A stretch of DNA of 60,153 nt, filler included, from Sphacelaria rigidula (Eukaryota), in assembly GCA_964200075.2 (NCBI GenBank). It is 9 parts of 9 records of this genome, joined end to end, with 100 filler letters (N's around TTAATTAATTAA, not from the genome) between each part and the next. Parts side by side here need not be neighbours in the genome. Positions count along the whole stretch, not along the records: positions 33,476 to 40,070 come from CAXNAA020019160.1; positions 40,171 to 46,765 come from CAXNAA020019161.1; positions 46,866 to 53,459 come from CAXNAA020019162.1; 6 more parts are not named here. One strand, written 5' to 3'. Under the pieces are notes generated by a model, which saw nothing but the letters and a program-made list of their open reading frames with translations, made no database searches and was not told the origin of the DNA. Positions within the stretch are counted from its first letter, which is position 1, and each line of letters starts with the position of its first letter. Positions 34,791-48,649 of the stretch are shown one piece after another. Position numbers and translations under genes: made by a program.

Positions 34791-36967
34791 TCACCCAATC
34801 GCACTCGCACGGGTCCTCAATGTTCTGGACTCGAAGTTTAATTTCCGGCACCGCGTTGCGGCGCGCGACCCCCGCTGCGGCGGTACAACGCTCCCTTGCC
34901 ATTGTGACGATCTCTAGCGTGGACCCCGCTGTGCCCGTGAGGGCATGGTCCACATTCCGCTGGGGATGGGATCAGGGTTGGGTTTGGGTTTGGGGCTGAG
35001 ATTCGGGGCAGGGTGAGACGGGTTGGTGGACAGGGGGTGGCACAAAGGGACCAATTTGTAGACGAGCGGGGACACTTCGGTCAAACAAACTTGTGGATCC
35101 GTGCGGATGATGTGTGTTAGTGAGAGATTCCGTTGGATCAGCACTCCCGCCACAGTCCGTCCACTCGGTACTTTTCCTCGGTTTTGGCCTTTGTCTTCAA
35201 AGTATTACTTCTTCGATAGGAAAAAAATGCAGTGAAAAGCAAAAAATTTGGTCTGATGAAATTGTCATTTCAACGTGAATTATGCGTGGACATGAAATGA
35301 CCACCCTGTCGTGACCTCATCACATCAGAATAATTGTTTTCCGCCGCACTTTTTCGATCGAAAAATATTGTTTTTAGACACATCCTCACTTTTTTTTGTT
35401 ATTTTGGGACACAGAACAAACCGCATGGTATGTGACGTGCGAGTGTGGAAGCCATCTCGTCTTGCACAAGGGCGTCGGGGATTAATATCACAAACATAGT
35501 CCACAAGATCAAGAGACACCTGAGATCTAGGTCGCACGGCGAATATTGCTCCATCGTAATACATCGGGGCTACCGAACACAAGACGGTCTGCTATCTCTC
35601 AACCGCATCCTCTTGGATCTTGGGACCCCAGACGAATTCCGTGCGTCACCCTTAGGAAGCTTGACATGACGAGATCTGGTATAGAACAGTCGTGAGAATG
35701 TGGACCAGTTTATGAAAGTATCCAAACATGGGACAACTGAATTCCTGATTTTCTTCATTCTTATCTTTTGCGCGAATCATACGCGCGATTCATACAAAAT
35801 TTGTGATTCATACATACGCCGGATGTCGTCATCGAAATCGGAAAACACTATTTCGATACGCGCTTTAGGCAGGCCACGGAGGCGCAGCGGTTATCGATCG
35901 ATTGAGTCATTAATTGATTGTCGCACTTCAACTGACCCCCCAGGAGTCATGATCCAACCGTGGTCACATGATAGACGTACCCGAAACAAAAACAAGGCTG
36001 AAACATTCGCTGGAAAAAAAAAAAAAAGAGAATAACAGAATAGACTAAGTGGAAAAAACAACAAAGTACATGATTTTCCTCATATGCATGCAAAAAGCCG
36101 AATCGAAGCCATCAGTCATCCACAGACGTTTCAAGTGCCCCGAACCCACACAGCTCTCGTTCGCATTCCTCCCATACTGAGTTGTAAATGGCTCGCAAGT
36201 GCAACGCTTCTGGACGAACGGGTATATCCCCCCCCCGATCCGGTCGCGCCCGGACAAGCTTCGACTCTCGACCCGATGCAACCGCATCCATCTCTGCGGT
36301 CCAGAACATAGGAATACGGCTCATTCACGATCCGCAAAACCTCAGACCAAGCTACACTCGGCACTCCCAGTCTACGCCAATTCGTCGTCGACGCAGCCCG
36401 AGATTGATACACTCCGGAACCGCTACGCCATAATTCCCAGGCCAAACCCTAACCTTAGGTCCAGCCCCAGAAAAGCCGAAAGCATTCGGACAATCGGGTG
36501 AGCGTGGTGGGCACGCTAGCGAGCGCTCGGGACTGTCAGTCTTCGAAATATCCGCCCATCGGACAGATCATGATCTGTCTGGAACAACCAATCCAAGAAA
36601 GACTCTCGAATCTGTTGGTCCAATAAACACAAAATATGTGACCGCGGAATCAGGAAAGCCAAAGCGCAACTTGTGCGCTACTCGGTGTGCTCGGCTGTCG
36701 GCGCTGTTGTGAGCAAACATGGGAACAGGGGCCAAAAGATCCGGATCATGATCCGAATCAGCTTACTGACAAGAATTGATTTTCAGACGGATCTTGATTT
36801 GTCTGACGTGTGGAAATATCCAACATTCCAGCGTCCCCACTCACTCCTCGATGTTGGGAATTACAGGGTCGTCGCGCTCCGGTGGTGTACCCGAGTACGA
36901 ACCCGGGTAAAAAGCATTACCCTCGGTGAAGATGGAGAAGAGAGTTGCGATCCCAGCCCAGCGTTAA

Positions 36968-37969
36968 CCCTTTCGCGACCAACTCCCCAACGAACATGGG
37001 GCTAACCATGCGTTAGTGACATAAAACAAATGTCAGGGAGCGACCTGACCAATCCCGGCGAGGCGAACTTTATCATCCAGACCCGAACGAGCAGTACGGG
37101 AATTGTTACAGAATTTGATGACACCGCCAAAATCGTGTGGGAGCCCTGTCCCTGGCCCAGATAAAACGCCTTCCCAGGTATTCAAAGCCCGGATGGTCGT
37201 GAAACGATTTTCGTTTTACTTACATTCAGTATAGCGCTCCCGTGATTTCCCGGATGTTTTTTGGGCCGCCGGTCTATACTCAAACGTAATAATTGCACCA
37301 ACACATGACTGGAGGGGGGGAAGTCGGGGAAAACCGTACATACCACATTGTGGTCATTTTCATGAAGGCACTGAATCCAGCTGGGCCATGGAACGAGAGA
37401 AGGGGCGATAGTCATGAGGTTCGCCTATCTCTCTGCCGATGCCTCGCAGTGTGCAGTAAACATATATGTAGTGGGCGGGGAGAAACAAGCTGTGGACAGG
37501 CAGCTGATTTCCGTAGCTGAGAACTGCCCAGAACGTGTGAGGGGGTATGCAGCGGCAGCTGCTGCTGCAGTCGGAGAGGCATACTGCACTGTATGGCCGC
37601 TTGCAGCAAAGAGCAAAATCGCGGCCTACCCCAACCATCAATGGCTTTGTGGCAAGGTGATTGGGACAATAGTATCACCCAACGCCACAAGTGGCGGGCG
37701 GCCCGCCGGTCGCCACATCCTCTTGAAAGCTCTCTACGGCGACCCATACTGCTTGTTACATCTGTACAGTACCTAGTGCACACCCCGCCCGATTTACAGA
37801 TTGTACCTGCACCTGAAAATAGATTGGACGAAACTCTCAGTCTTCCTCCTTACCCTGCGACTACATACGTAGATTCTCAGCAACATGAAGCCGCTATTTC
37901 GTGCAGACGCCAGACAAGTTATTCCTAACCAGCCTCATTAATCGTTCAGGAGGCCCGGTCCCAAAAGGG
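36968..37969. mobile_element. ~1-kb non-autonomous piggyBac-type element
   Basis: TTAA|CCCTTTCGCGACC...GGTCCCAAAAGGG|TTAA (TIR 11/13). The right end recurs at 19945. Confidence 0.7.
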
Positions 37970-37976
37970 TTAATTT

Positions 37977-38902
37977 TAGAGTTGTGAGCTGGTTTGGCAA
38001 ACCGTTTAACTGTCTGCCAAGAATTACAACCAGTTACAGCTATCAGTTAAAACTGGATAACTGGCGGCGAAGCCGCCATTCGACTCCGCCAGCGTTGCCT
38101 GGCAAGGCAACGCGGCGGAGTCGCGTTAACGCCCCCTCACTCCCCCCCGCTAGTGAGGGGGGCCCGCCGGAGGCACCGCCGGAGGCAAGAAAATTACGCC
38201 ATTTGGCTTCATATCTCTTCAAAATCGCGGTGGATTCTAGCCTCCTAGCGCCAGCAATTCGAGCACGTGATCGGTGCATGAAAATATTCATGTAAGGGGG
38301 AAAAGGAAATATCACTAAACTTTGCGACGTGAATTAAAAAAACGAAGCGGTGAGACAGTATGGCAGCGTACATAGCGTTACGCGTGTGCCACCCAAGCGC
38401 CAAGAGCTACTAGTAGCACGACAACTTGGTAACGTTATTGAGTGTGACTTGATCAGCCAAGAAAAGTTACAAGAAATTTCGACTCTTCCTCATGCTTCGG
38501 TATTACATTGACCAGGCACCACTGAGCGCTTATCGCTTGATGCCGACATAGTAACGCAAAGCACACACAACAACGCTACGAAACGCAGTCTTGATTCACA
38601 TTTCAGATCCGCTCAATCAACAACTGTCCGTGCCTATTCTAGTCTTTTTTTATACTAGAGTATGTTGTCTGCGATATTCGTGTCTACGTCTAGGTGTGTG
38701 TGCTGTGCGGTCATGTACTCGCCTCCGTAACAGCGTCCCCACGGTCATTGTAGTACGACGATACTTCACAAAGGTCGATCTGAGTATGACACATATGCCG
38801 GGTGAAATAAGTGGTTCAATTGGTAACAAAACCGATCAGTGAACCAGTTGTACCAATTAAGTGTAACTGGTCAGTTAAACTGGCAGCCAGTTTACAACTC
38901 TA
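37977..38902. mobile_element. Non-autonomous hAT-type element
   Basis: TIR TAGAGTTGTGAGCTGG / CCAGTTTACAACTCTA; 8-bp TSD GTTAATTT / GTTAATAT; subterminal CAGTT/AACTG repeats at both ends. Confidence 0.8.
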
Positions 38903-39636
38903 GTTAATATCCTATGCTTTTTTCTTCTTCATTGTTTGGAATTATCTGTTTTTTTGGTCGTTAAAAACGTGAGAACGGGAGTTTTTCCAGAAAAAAAACA
39001 ACGAGGAAAGATGATGGGGTGAGTGCGTGCTTCCGCTCATGATCCACTAGTTGGCAACAGATTGTCAGGAAGGTGCCGGGCGCGAGATGAGCTGATCCTC
39101 TGAGACGAGGAATTTGTCCGGAGTAAGCTGAATAGGTTCAAGGTGTATTGGTAAGAATATAAATATATTGACAGGGAAATAAAAATGTAGAAACAATAAA
39201 AGAACAAAAAAATGCGTATATTCGTAGTGCATTCATACAAAAAATCATCAAAAAGCGTACACATGTGCACAAAAACTTGCCTTCCCTCGATATGGTCTCA
39301 ACTATATACTGTTGTATTACGTTCCCTCTGTTCCATGAATTGGCATGGCTAGGAACTGGTTCCCTAACCGTGTCCGATTTGATTTTTTTTTATTCTTGTT
39401 TTCCTTTGTGGTTTTTTAGTCAAAACCATTTTTTTTCACAGTTGGTGCTTGACCCATACGGCCGAATGGTCGCTACAAAGCCCATCGGCCCGGAATTGGT
39501 CGTATTTCGCCCTTCTTAGGAGACAAAACCCCCCGATGAAACTGTTGATATAAATTAAAAAAAAAAACTCTTCTTTCGGCTTGCTTATTGTACAAAGGCT
39601 GTCCACGTCTCGTCCTAGTCCACTTTCGTCACGCTA

Positions 39637-39883
39637 TCTCTTCTGTCCAAGCAATAGAGTGGCAGATATCGGTCGGATATGGCTCACACCGGATTCGAAG
39701 TGGCCGAAATCGGGTCAATTCTTACCCGAAAGTGTAAAAACAGTACGTGTCATCCTACTTTTCCTTGTCATTTGAGCATCATTTCATCGCTTCTCCGATC
39801 CAAATTTTAGGGTCGTAAGCGCCTCCGTTCGGGAGATAGCAACCGTACAAGCATCACCACCCAGACGTATGGGACAGAGGAAG
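39637..39883. mobile_element. Stowaway-like MITE of the mariner family
   Basis: Right end TATGGGACAGAGGAAG|TA equals the mariner TIR; left end is degenerate TA|TCTCTTCTGTCCAA. Confidence 0.6.
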
Positions 39884-42800
39884 TATACCTTATTTGACGC
39901 GAGTCGATTATTGGGCTTACGCGACATTATTTTTCCTATGCAGTACCACTATGAAAATCATTTTATCTTTGACACTGTTCCGGGGGGGGGGGGGGGGGGG
40001 GGGGGGGGGTTGTTTAGTAGTTCATACCATAGTAACTAAACTATTGCCCCCCCTCCCCCACCCAGCCGCGNNNNNNNNNNNNNNNNNNNNNNNNNNNNNN
40101 NNNNNNNNNNNNNNTTAATTAATTAANNNNNNNNNNNNNNNNNNNNNNNNNNNNNNNNNNNNNNNNNNNNGAAAGGGTGACCGATGTTCAAAGATACGCG
40201 TAATAATGGGTAAAACAACTCGGGCAAGCAAAAAGTAGCTACACCCCCCCCCCTCCCCCCCCTACCATAGCATGACTCAGACACCAATACATTACAACTA
40301 AATTTCATTGCCACAACGTGACCAACCGTCAACCAGAAGTGGCGTGCAAAAGCCGCCCAGTCGTGTGAGCTGTTCCTGGTTCCTGGACAAGGTGTACCGC
40401 CTACACAGCCAGTGAAACTTCGACAGCCAACCACACAGCAGTAGGAAGGCACTGTCTCGCTCATTGAAACGCATGTAATTACTTTTCAACCTTTCAGGCT
40501 TGATGTGACGCGGGAAAGGAGAATAGATAATACATAGCGTTGCGGGTGTGCTTAACTAGAGAAAGGGAGGGGAAGGATCACGGGTAATTCAAATACTACC
40601 CGAATTTGGGCCGATCTCACCTGCAAAGCAACCTGTCCTCCACTAAAGAAAATGTACAGGGCGAGTCTGATGATCCTGCTTCAATATCCTCAACCTCACT
40701 CCGTGCGCACTCCATACCGTCCTTCGTGACAACCGACGCCTTCCTACGCGTTCCGCCCGATGATTCGGCTCCCTCCTTCTGCGAGCGAACATGCCAATCT
40801 ACACCCCCCAACATCTTGCTCGGAAGCAGCTGCGGCCAGATGACACCCCCGCGGGATTCGATCAGCCGCTCCACAGCTTGTTCAGAGTTTCCCCTGGGAT
40901 GATTAACTTTCCCTGCTTCCTACGCACGAGGAAAGACAGTCGTCCGAGCTTTCGTGTTGGAAGTCTGTACCTTCAGAGACGAGTATGTATACATTAGACA
41001 TCATCAACCCGCGATAACTTTGATGAAGCCTCGTGTTGCATCCGCATGGCTTCTCGCGAGGATCACTCTGACAGAATATCGAAGGCGCAACTTTCCCATG
41101 CTGCCACATCCTTGCACCTACGCATGGGTTCACCAAAACCAACTTGCACTGTGTCTCATCGCCCGTGCGAACGGAGAAACTCCATGCCTTGGATACGATA
41201 CAACCTTCTCGGCTATGCTCATACAGTGGCGCGGTCAAACGAAACATGTGCAGAGACCTACTGCTCTTTATAAGTATCATCATGCAAGAGCTTGAATTCA
41301 CACGATGATGTCCAAATCGCCAAATCTACGTGTATGGCCCTGGCATTAGTGCCTGTAGCCCGTAGATCTGTGGACAGCAAAATACATTATAAATGCTAGC
41401 CAAGCGGTACGACGGAATAATCGCCGGAGTTGTCAACAAAGACTACGATCGTTCAACCAACCCGGGAGCCTAAATATCATCAAAACACTCGACGTGCGCA
41501 GGTGAATAGGGTGATATCCAGGGAGTGTGTACGCGCCAAATTTGACGTCGTCAAGGAACCCAACCCGGACACTAACGCAGCTGGGATGTAGCGCAGTATC
41601 ACAAATCACGAATCCATGTACACTCTCACCTTTAGGTCATGCCCGATTGTTTCGCTCGGCACTAGGCCGGGAATACACATCAATGGAAGAGCGGCATCCC
41701 ACAGCACCTGCGGAAAGGAAAAGAAAAACACATTGGAGCCGAACGCGGGCAACGCAGGTCTTCATGCACAGTCAATCAGGCTCACACACTCCGATAATGT
41801 CACAATGGTGTGGATAGTATCGCTTGTGCAGTTCGCCTTACTTCTGCACAACTGTTTCAAGATTGCGCACAAATCCCTACGGCTACGTGCAAGGTCATCT
41901 ATGTTTGCCAAATCTGACGACGCGGGCAGTCCCTGCGCGAAATGTGACGACCTCTAGACGTAGAGCGATGCATTGAAAGTTATTTTTTACCCAAGAGAAA
42001 GGCACTACAAGAACATTGCCGCTTGTGATACGTCCATACGATGTTTTTCCACAATTGTTAAATCAAAATAACGCTGACCAGTGTTATATTCACAAAAAAA
42101 CACGGAAGGAAATGGTCGATAAGACACTGACCGAAGACGGCATTCGCTTTGCACGCGTCCGTCGCCCGGTTTCGCCTCCTTCCTCTGGATCCGATGCCAG
42201 ATTATTCAGCATTCCAAGCGCCTTGTTCCCTTCTTCACGGCATGTCGGAAATGCCTACCTCAACAACGGTGCCGGGAAGGGGGCGAAAGGGCGAGAAAGG
42301 TTGAAATTGTATAACGCTCGAGCAACGGTGTCTCCAGCACAGAAGGAACGAATATTTGTACCTCTCAAATTACAACACTGAATGAAAGCGGACAATTGGC
42401 CAAGCATCGATCGAAGACACGGCATGACAACTAGCACGTTCAGGGGACGACGAAAAACGGCCCAATGCTACAAATATTGTACTGTAACTATTTGTCAGAT
42501 ATTTGTTTCGCAGTTTCTTGGGATTTACTCAACCCAATATTCAATTCAGATTTCAACGCAAAATCCCGCATATTGTTGACTTCGTGCTGCAAGTAAGTAG
42601 AAGGACTGAAAACACTAGCTATAACGAGGGTAACGAGCGTAGTCAGGTGAAGTAAGGAAACACTGCATGCTCAGCGAAGAAAGCAACATCCCATCGACAG
42701 CAACATGACCAGAGACACTAGCTGGATGCCAGAACCAGGACACACGCCCATCACCCGAGCAAACGGTTTCCGCGCAAAGCAAGAGCTACAAACCACGGCC

Positions 42801-44299
42801 GACGGGCTCCTTGTCATACTCGGCCTTCGGCCAGTTTCGCAGACTGTGTTTCTTACGATCATGTGCCGCCGTTTATTTTGAGATATTGAATGTAAACGGA
42901 AACGATGTCATTTCCACCATCTATCCGCACCCTCGAGGAAAACGTTTCAGAACGATGGCAACGGGCTGAGTGAATCCTTATTCCGCCACAGCTTCCCCTC
43001 CCCCTCCCCCTGCGCCGTCCCTGTCTCCCCCCCCAAACAACCACAATTTTGAGTCAAAGACGCATACTTCATCCAGTGGCCGAAATCACTACAAAATTAC
43101 ACCGTTTTAGGTCAGCCGAACCGCAGGGATAGCTCGATAAATGCAAAATACATACTTGTCAGGCGACCGGATTCTTTGTGCTCTGGGCGTTGGGGTGGCA
43201 TCCTGCCAACTTAAAAACTCAGCTGACTGCTCCTCTTTCTCATGACCAAATAGTTCGCGTTCCTCTTACGTGCGGTTATCCCCTCGCCATCGGTCGAAAG
43301 TGCGCATCCTGACTCTGAGTCCACTCACAGAATCACTACCTGAATCGACCGCGGTTTGGCGGCCTCATGGCGTATGGAGACTAGGCGACCTGAAGTTCGA
43401 GTACGCCCCCCCCGCCCCGTCCCGCCCCCCTCCCCCCCTTCCTATTTCGGGCCAAAATGAAACCTCGGGGTAAGGCGGTAACTTATAAACGCATACAGTA
43501 CCAGACCCCCGCGGTGTGATCGGTACCTACGAAAGCCGATTAGGGCTGAGTAGGGGATTCCATCCCTGGCAGGTACAACTCGAGACGGGCTGTTTCTCAG
43601 GGATCACCTGATGTTGGTTGTTGAAAACGTCAGTACGTGAGAAGCAGAAAGAATTTTACGACCACCGACGCGGTGCGGGAGTGCTGACCTTGTCCGCGAC
43701 CCCAAAATGTCGGCCACGTACCGGGGGAGAGATGGGTTGATCCCTTGACACTGAGGACTCGCTGCGAGGAACGGGAGGGGCTGAAAGTACGACGGATAAA
43801 AGTGCATCTCGACACCGTTGCGTTGTTCGGGAGTTCTGAGCTTCTGAAAAAAATCGCGTCTCCACCAAACACCGCGGCGAGCTTGATCTGCATCGCAATG
43901 TAGCTTGCCCCCACAAGATTACGGTCGTATCAACACTTCGCGACAGAGTCACTGATACCAATAACCATTGAACGCGGTAAAGCGACATTACATCGTATCC
44001 AACATATACGCCATGGTATTATACTTCATCAACAATATCAGCGTGATATCTCCAAAAGAGCACTCAAGCACATGACGCCACGCGAGGATGAAAAATGGAC
44101 ACAACATTGGGCTTTTGCGCGTTCAGCCGAATCACAGGTTTGAGAAAATGTTTCATACCGAGGTGTCTTGAAAACAAAATTCAATGGGGTTCCAGCGTAC
44201 GTGACTATCCGGCATCGGCAAACACCGACGTGAGAAAAAGTGCATCCGCGCGCATCAGCTGTGAAAAAGCTGGAGTTGCCGCCACGAAAGCGACAAACA

Positions 44300-46200
44300 A
44301 GTTTCACCTGTGCGATCTGGTTGTGAAGTGGAGTGACATATTGTGCTCGTCGCGTGAACAGTCACCATGGCTACAGCTGCAGGGAAAGCATACGGATACA
44401 ATGTAGCGATGATGCCAGGCCGTGTTCGGCTATCGGCGTTCCTTACACTATACTGCACGAATACCCAGTGCGTGCACTGCGGTACACCCAACGCGCGTGG
44501 TGAATCCACGGATGTCACATCACCCTCAAGTGGCCGTGTCTGCTCAATCTGGGGCAAATGCTTCTCCTAGGAACTCCCATGAAAGAGCAGGACCTTTCTT
44601 CGACCCCCTTTCGTACGAAATATTTAGATCCTCGATTTGTGTTTGGAAGGGAGCGGGGGTACATCTGAAATCTGATTATCACTGGCCCCCCATCCAGGCA
44701 GCGCCTTATCTAAACTCGTACCTTTGCTGCAAGAACGCCCGTCTGCACCAATAGCTGGAAGTGCATAGAAAGTTGATCCAGCACCTTCTCCCGTAGCCCT
44801 GGAGGAACGGCAGAAGAGCCGAGCTGCAGGTGACACGCACGACACGGGATCCACACGTCACGTGATAAGTTCGGTAAGAACACTATTGAGTGATGGCGGG
44901 TAGCGCCGCCATCATGCCATACACAAAGTGCCATGGACTACTGAACCGGAACTTGCGCTCAGTAGAGGAAAGATGCACTGCCGCCCTGACACGGCATGTG
45001 AGGCGACTCGTGGTATACGGAATGTTTAGTTGGTTGCGATGTTCGTATCCACGCGATGCTTCCTTAGGTACGACAGAACGGCATTGGTTCCGCGTGCACT
45101 GGAACTGCGCTCTGAAGCGCGGGGCTCTCTACATTAATAAAACATATATCAACGTTTCGCGGGGTTCTTTGCAAATGGATAATCGACGCTTGAGAAATGT
45201 GTCCTAATCTAAGCAGATATTCTCCAACGATTGTTGGGGAACTCGTCCCAAACCCCAGGAATTGATGACGCTGTTTTCGTTTTGGCACCTCATTCGAAAA
45301 CGACTCAACGCCTGGCAATAGAGTGCAGGAAAGAGGGTATTTCCCAAATCAGCTCCTGAAGTATGCCCCAAACTTGATTCAGGATGCGAGACCCTGATCA
45401 TTTTTACGCATGTGCGAAAATAAGGTTTGATGAATAGCTTTGCAGTACAGTCCGTCTGAAGGCCTTTATTATCGACACTGTTTTTTCGGAGATCTCAGAA
45501 ACTTCCTGAATTTTCGGACTCTGCGTTCACACTTCTCCGAGAACGAAGCAGCTTGCTTCCCCCCCCCGAAGCTTTACTTTGGAATAAGTGCAAAAAATTC
45601 GGACTGCACCGCAGCACTCGAGGAAGCTACCCTGTGTGTACGCCGTGGCGCTCGCAAGCGTTCGAGAATCATCAGGGACCTTGAAGTTCCCCGAAATTTT
45701 GGAGATCTCCCAAAAAGAGTGCTGATGATTATGGGCCCACGTGTTTTCGCTCTTTGGTGGGCTTCGAGCACGAAAATGACTGACTGCTGGCACCGTAGCA
45801 AACATCTCAGATATGCAGCTATGCCAGAAATTCAAAGTATGCACCAGGTGACAATGTGTCTCAATCAACACTTCATGAGATCAGCTGTAAACCCAGCAGC
45901 AGGAAGCTCATGCGTGATAGAGTATGTCTGGGTTGTAGTAGAAGCGCACGCTGCGCCGCACAGAGCTCTTGTTCGCGTTGATGAAAGCCAACAGCAGGCA
46001 TCAGTCAAAAAAGGGTTCGGGGTCGAAGAAAAGCAATGCGTCGCGTAATTACACGTTTCTCGACAAGCAGAACAACACCGCCAACAAGAACACATGGGGA
46101 AACAGCTGGGTGTACCGAGAGGCAGAAAGAGAGTGCAGCAAGCAAGACTTTCGACATAAAGACCTGGAACCCGGTGTACAAGTAGCAACAAGGCGACAAT
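44300..46200 (+). pseudogene. Possible very decayed Mutator-like transposase
   Basis: Loose motifs in MULE order: Cys-rich N-terminal region, STFRGVLCKWIIDA, KRVFPKSAPEVCPKL, WVYREAERECSKQDFRHKDL (SWIM-like). Many stops. Confidence 0.25.
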
Positions 46201-46408
46201 GTGTCACTCAGGACGCCTACAGTCGCAGTATGGGTTTGTGTGTCAAGATCTCGGGTTTTGCAATGCTTGCAAGGGTATGAAATACCGACCACACACACAC
46301 ACACACACATACCACAAGCGGGTTTTCCCTCTCTGAACCCCCTCTTCCCTCCACTCCGAGTGGCCGGCAAAATACTGTTCCGAAGTTTTACCGACCCTGA
46401 TACTAAAC

Positions 46409-46625
46409 GGCCCATTCGCCGGCCAACATTTAGAGCTGAACCCTGAAATTTGGTATGGACCATGAATAGGGCACATGAAAAAAAAACGACGCATGGACCC
46501 AAGTATTGTTAACTCATGAGAAGAAAAAATATTTGGGTCCACGCGTAATTGTTTTTATCTTGCCCTATTCATTGTCGATACCAAGTTTCAGGGTCCAACT
46601 CCAAATACTGGGCGACGAAGGGGCC
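46409..46625. repeat. Long imperfect inverted repeat (foldback)
   Basis: Arms of ~97 bp (CCCTGAAATTTGGTAT...ATGAATAGGGCA...GGACCCAAGTATT versus AATATTTGGGTCC...TGCCCTATTCAT...ATACCAAGTTTCAGGG) around a ~21-bp loop. Confidence 0.85.
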
Positions 46626-46865
46626 TGCAAATTACAAACCCGCCCATAGGCTGGGGCGACACTTTCTACGATAACCTCCCCCCAAAACCAGCTCAAAAGT
46701 GTCACGAAAAAAATGGCCATACAATGCCTGATGTTTGGATTCAGGCTGCATGAATCGCCTCATATNNNNNNNNNNNNNNNNNNNNNNNNNNNNNNNNNNN
46801 NNNNNNNNNTTAATTAATTAANNNNNNNNNNNNNNNNNNNNNNNNNNNNNNNNNNNNNNNNNNNN

Positions 46866-47844
46866 GGTGCACTGTCGACTTCCCAGACTGCTGCTGCTGC
46901 TGCTGCTGCTGGGAAGTCGACAGTGCACCTCCACCGCTGGAGGATCCGCCGCCGCCGCCACCACGACTACCTCGTCTTTTTCCCTTGTGAGGGCGCGCGG
47001 CACTCGTCTGCCCAGACTCCCCTTCAGAAGGCGGTGGGCCCTTCCGTGCAATGTGACCGACCTGGCCACACTGAAAGCAAGTAAAATTGGATGCGGCCCT
47101 GTCTGCAGATTTTGATCCGCGGTCACGCGAGCTCGAAGACTGCGGCTACGAAGTGGACGATTTTCCGAATACTTCGACGCGCCGCCATGCCTGAGCCTCA
47201 GCCACCAGGGTATACATGACTAAATACGGGTCCGACTTCCAATTGGTTTCGTGCTGTAACTGTACAAGCACGGCCTACCTAAATTCCGCCGGTCCCAGAC
47301 CCTTCACCATTGCTTTGGTGACCACCGCAGCGGGCCCTGGGCGAAATTTCCCATCGGACGAACGATAAATCATCTCTATGTTGCGATTTTCCGCAAAATA
47401 CGTTTCCAACTTACCCATTCTGGGCTCCACCCTCTCACGCATGGTCCTCCCCTTGTGGTTCATTGCGATAGCCTTTGCCACGGCAGCGGGCGCCTGAGTA
47501 AGCTCTACCTCCGCGCCTGCCGCATGCCCTGCGTGCTTCTTCGTTGCTGCGGCCAACTGCAGCGGCGTTATGGTATGCTTTTCATGGAACCGTCTCGCGA
47601 AGACGCGTTGCAAGGGTGTTGGTACTAATTGCGCCATCGACCCCACCTGATGATGCCTCACCGCACCCCGTGCATTCGCATGCTCCACCCTCCTTTTGTA
47701 TTCCATGTATCTCGTGTAAAACGATCGAGAGGCACCCTCAGAATATAAACTCCCGTAGCTGGACGGCCGCAACTCTTCCCTTAAAACGATTGGGGTTACA
47801 GTCGTTTCTGCTGGCTCTATTGTCGGTACCTCGGTAGTCGACAT
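46866..47844 (-). pseudogene. gag: Gypsy gag of a related family (disrupted, cut by contig start)
   Basis: LRPSSYGSLYSEGASRSFYTRY...ANARG aligns with LNPPKYGEVWTEEASRGFYAAY...ANAQG of contig 2; knuckle CFQCGQVGHIARKG near 47040-47085. Confidence 0.85.
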
Positions 47845-47989
47845 TCTTGAGCCTGAATCGAAGATTTCTCAAACCTTCTGGAACTTCAGTTCACACCTGC
47901 TTGCTTCGCCGCTCCAACACAGCCCTGGGGTCGTATAAACACCCGCTGTACGCAGCTCCAGCGAGTGGTCCAGTCCGGATAATGCGTTG

Positions 47990-48444
47990 TCGAAGAAGGC
48001 TGCATCGTGGACGGAGGGTAGGCTGCAGGCGTGGGCGGCAGCGAAGGACCTGGTGGCTGATGCAGTGACGCCGCTCCATCCTTGTCCAGATTGTCAGGTG
48101 TCAATGTTTCCGGATGCATTTGAGTGCCATTGTGGTTTTTTGTAGCGCAGATGCCCGATGCAGGAATGCAACAACGGTTGCCGGTTGAAGACATGACGCA
48201 TGAACCGCTGGCTTTTGTGAGTGGTAATTTCAAGGGTTCACAGATGCGTTGGGCAAGAATTGACAAAAATGGTTTTGCTATCGTGAGCACTTTTCGTCGT
48301 CTTGAGCATTTATTGTGGAATGGCGTACACATTTACGCGGATCACCGAAATCTAGCGTACATTTTCAACCCGGAGGCAAACGGGACGTCTGTATCGAAGG
48401 CGTTGGCACAGCGATTGGAGGGGTGGAAAGGTGTATTAGGATAG
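47990..48444 (+). pseudogene. pol: Gypsy RT-connection/RNase H fragment
   Basis: WTEGRLQAW...MFPDA...HEPLAFVSGNFKGSQMRWARIDKNGFAIV...DHRNLAYIF...QRLEGWKGVLG, homologous to 10665-11110. Confidence 0.9.
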
Positions 48445-48649
48445 ATCGCTCTGCTTCGCATCACACTTCCAATTTTCCTATCCTTTCTCGCATTGGAATG
48501 GAATGGAAAAGGGACAGAAGAGACAGACGCCCTCAATAAAAAAAAGCAAGAACGGCATACAAGCAGAAGAAGGGACGGAAAGAAAGTAAGGGCCATAGAT
48601 TGACGATGTCAATTCTTTCGCGCATCGCACCACGGAAATTCCAGACATT

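Noticed and set aside
34970..35000. Telomere-like GGGTT repeats (also ~36443-36455)
   Set aside because: Only a few degenerate internal units, not at a contig end.
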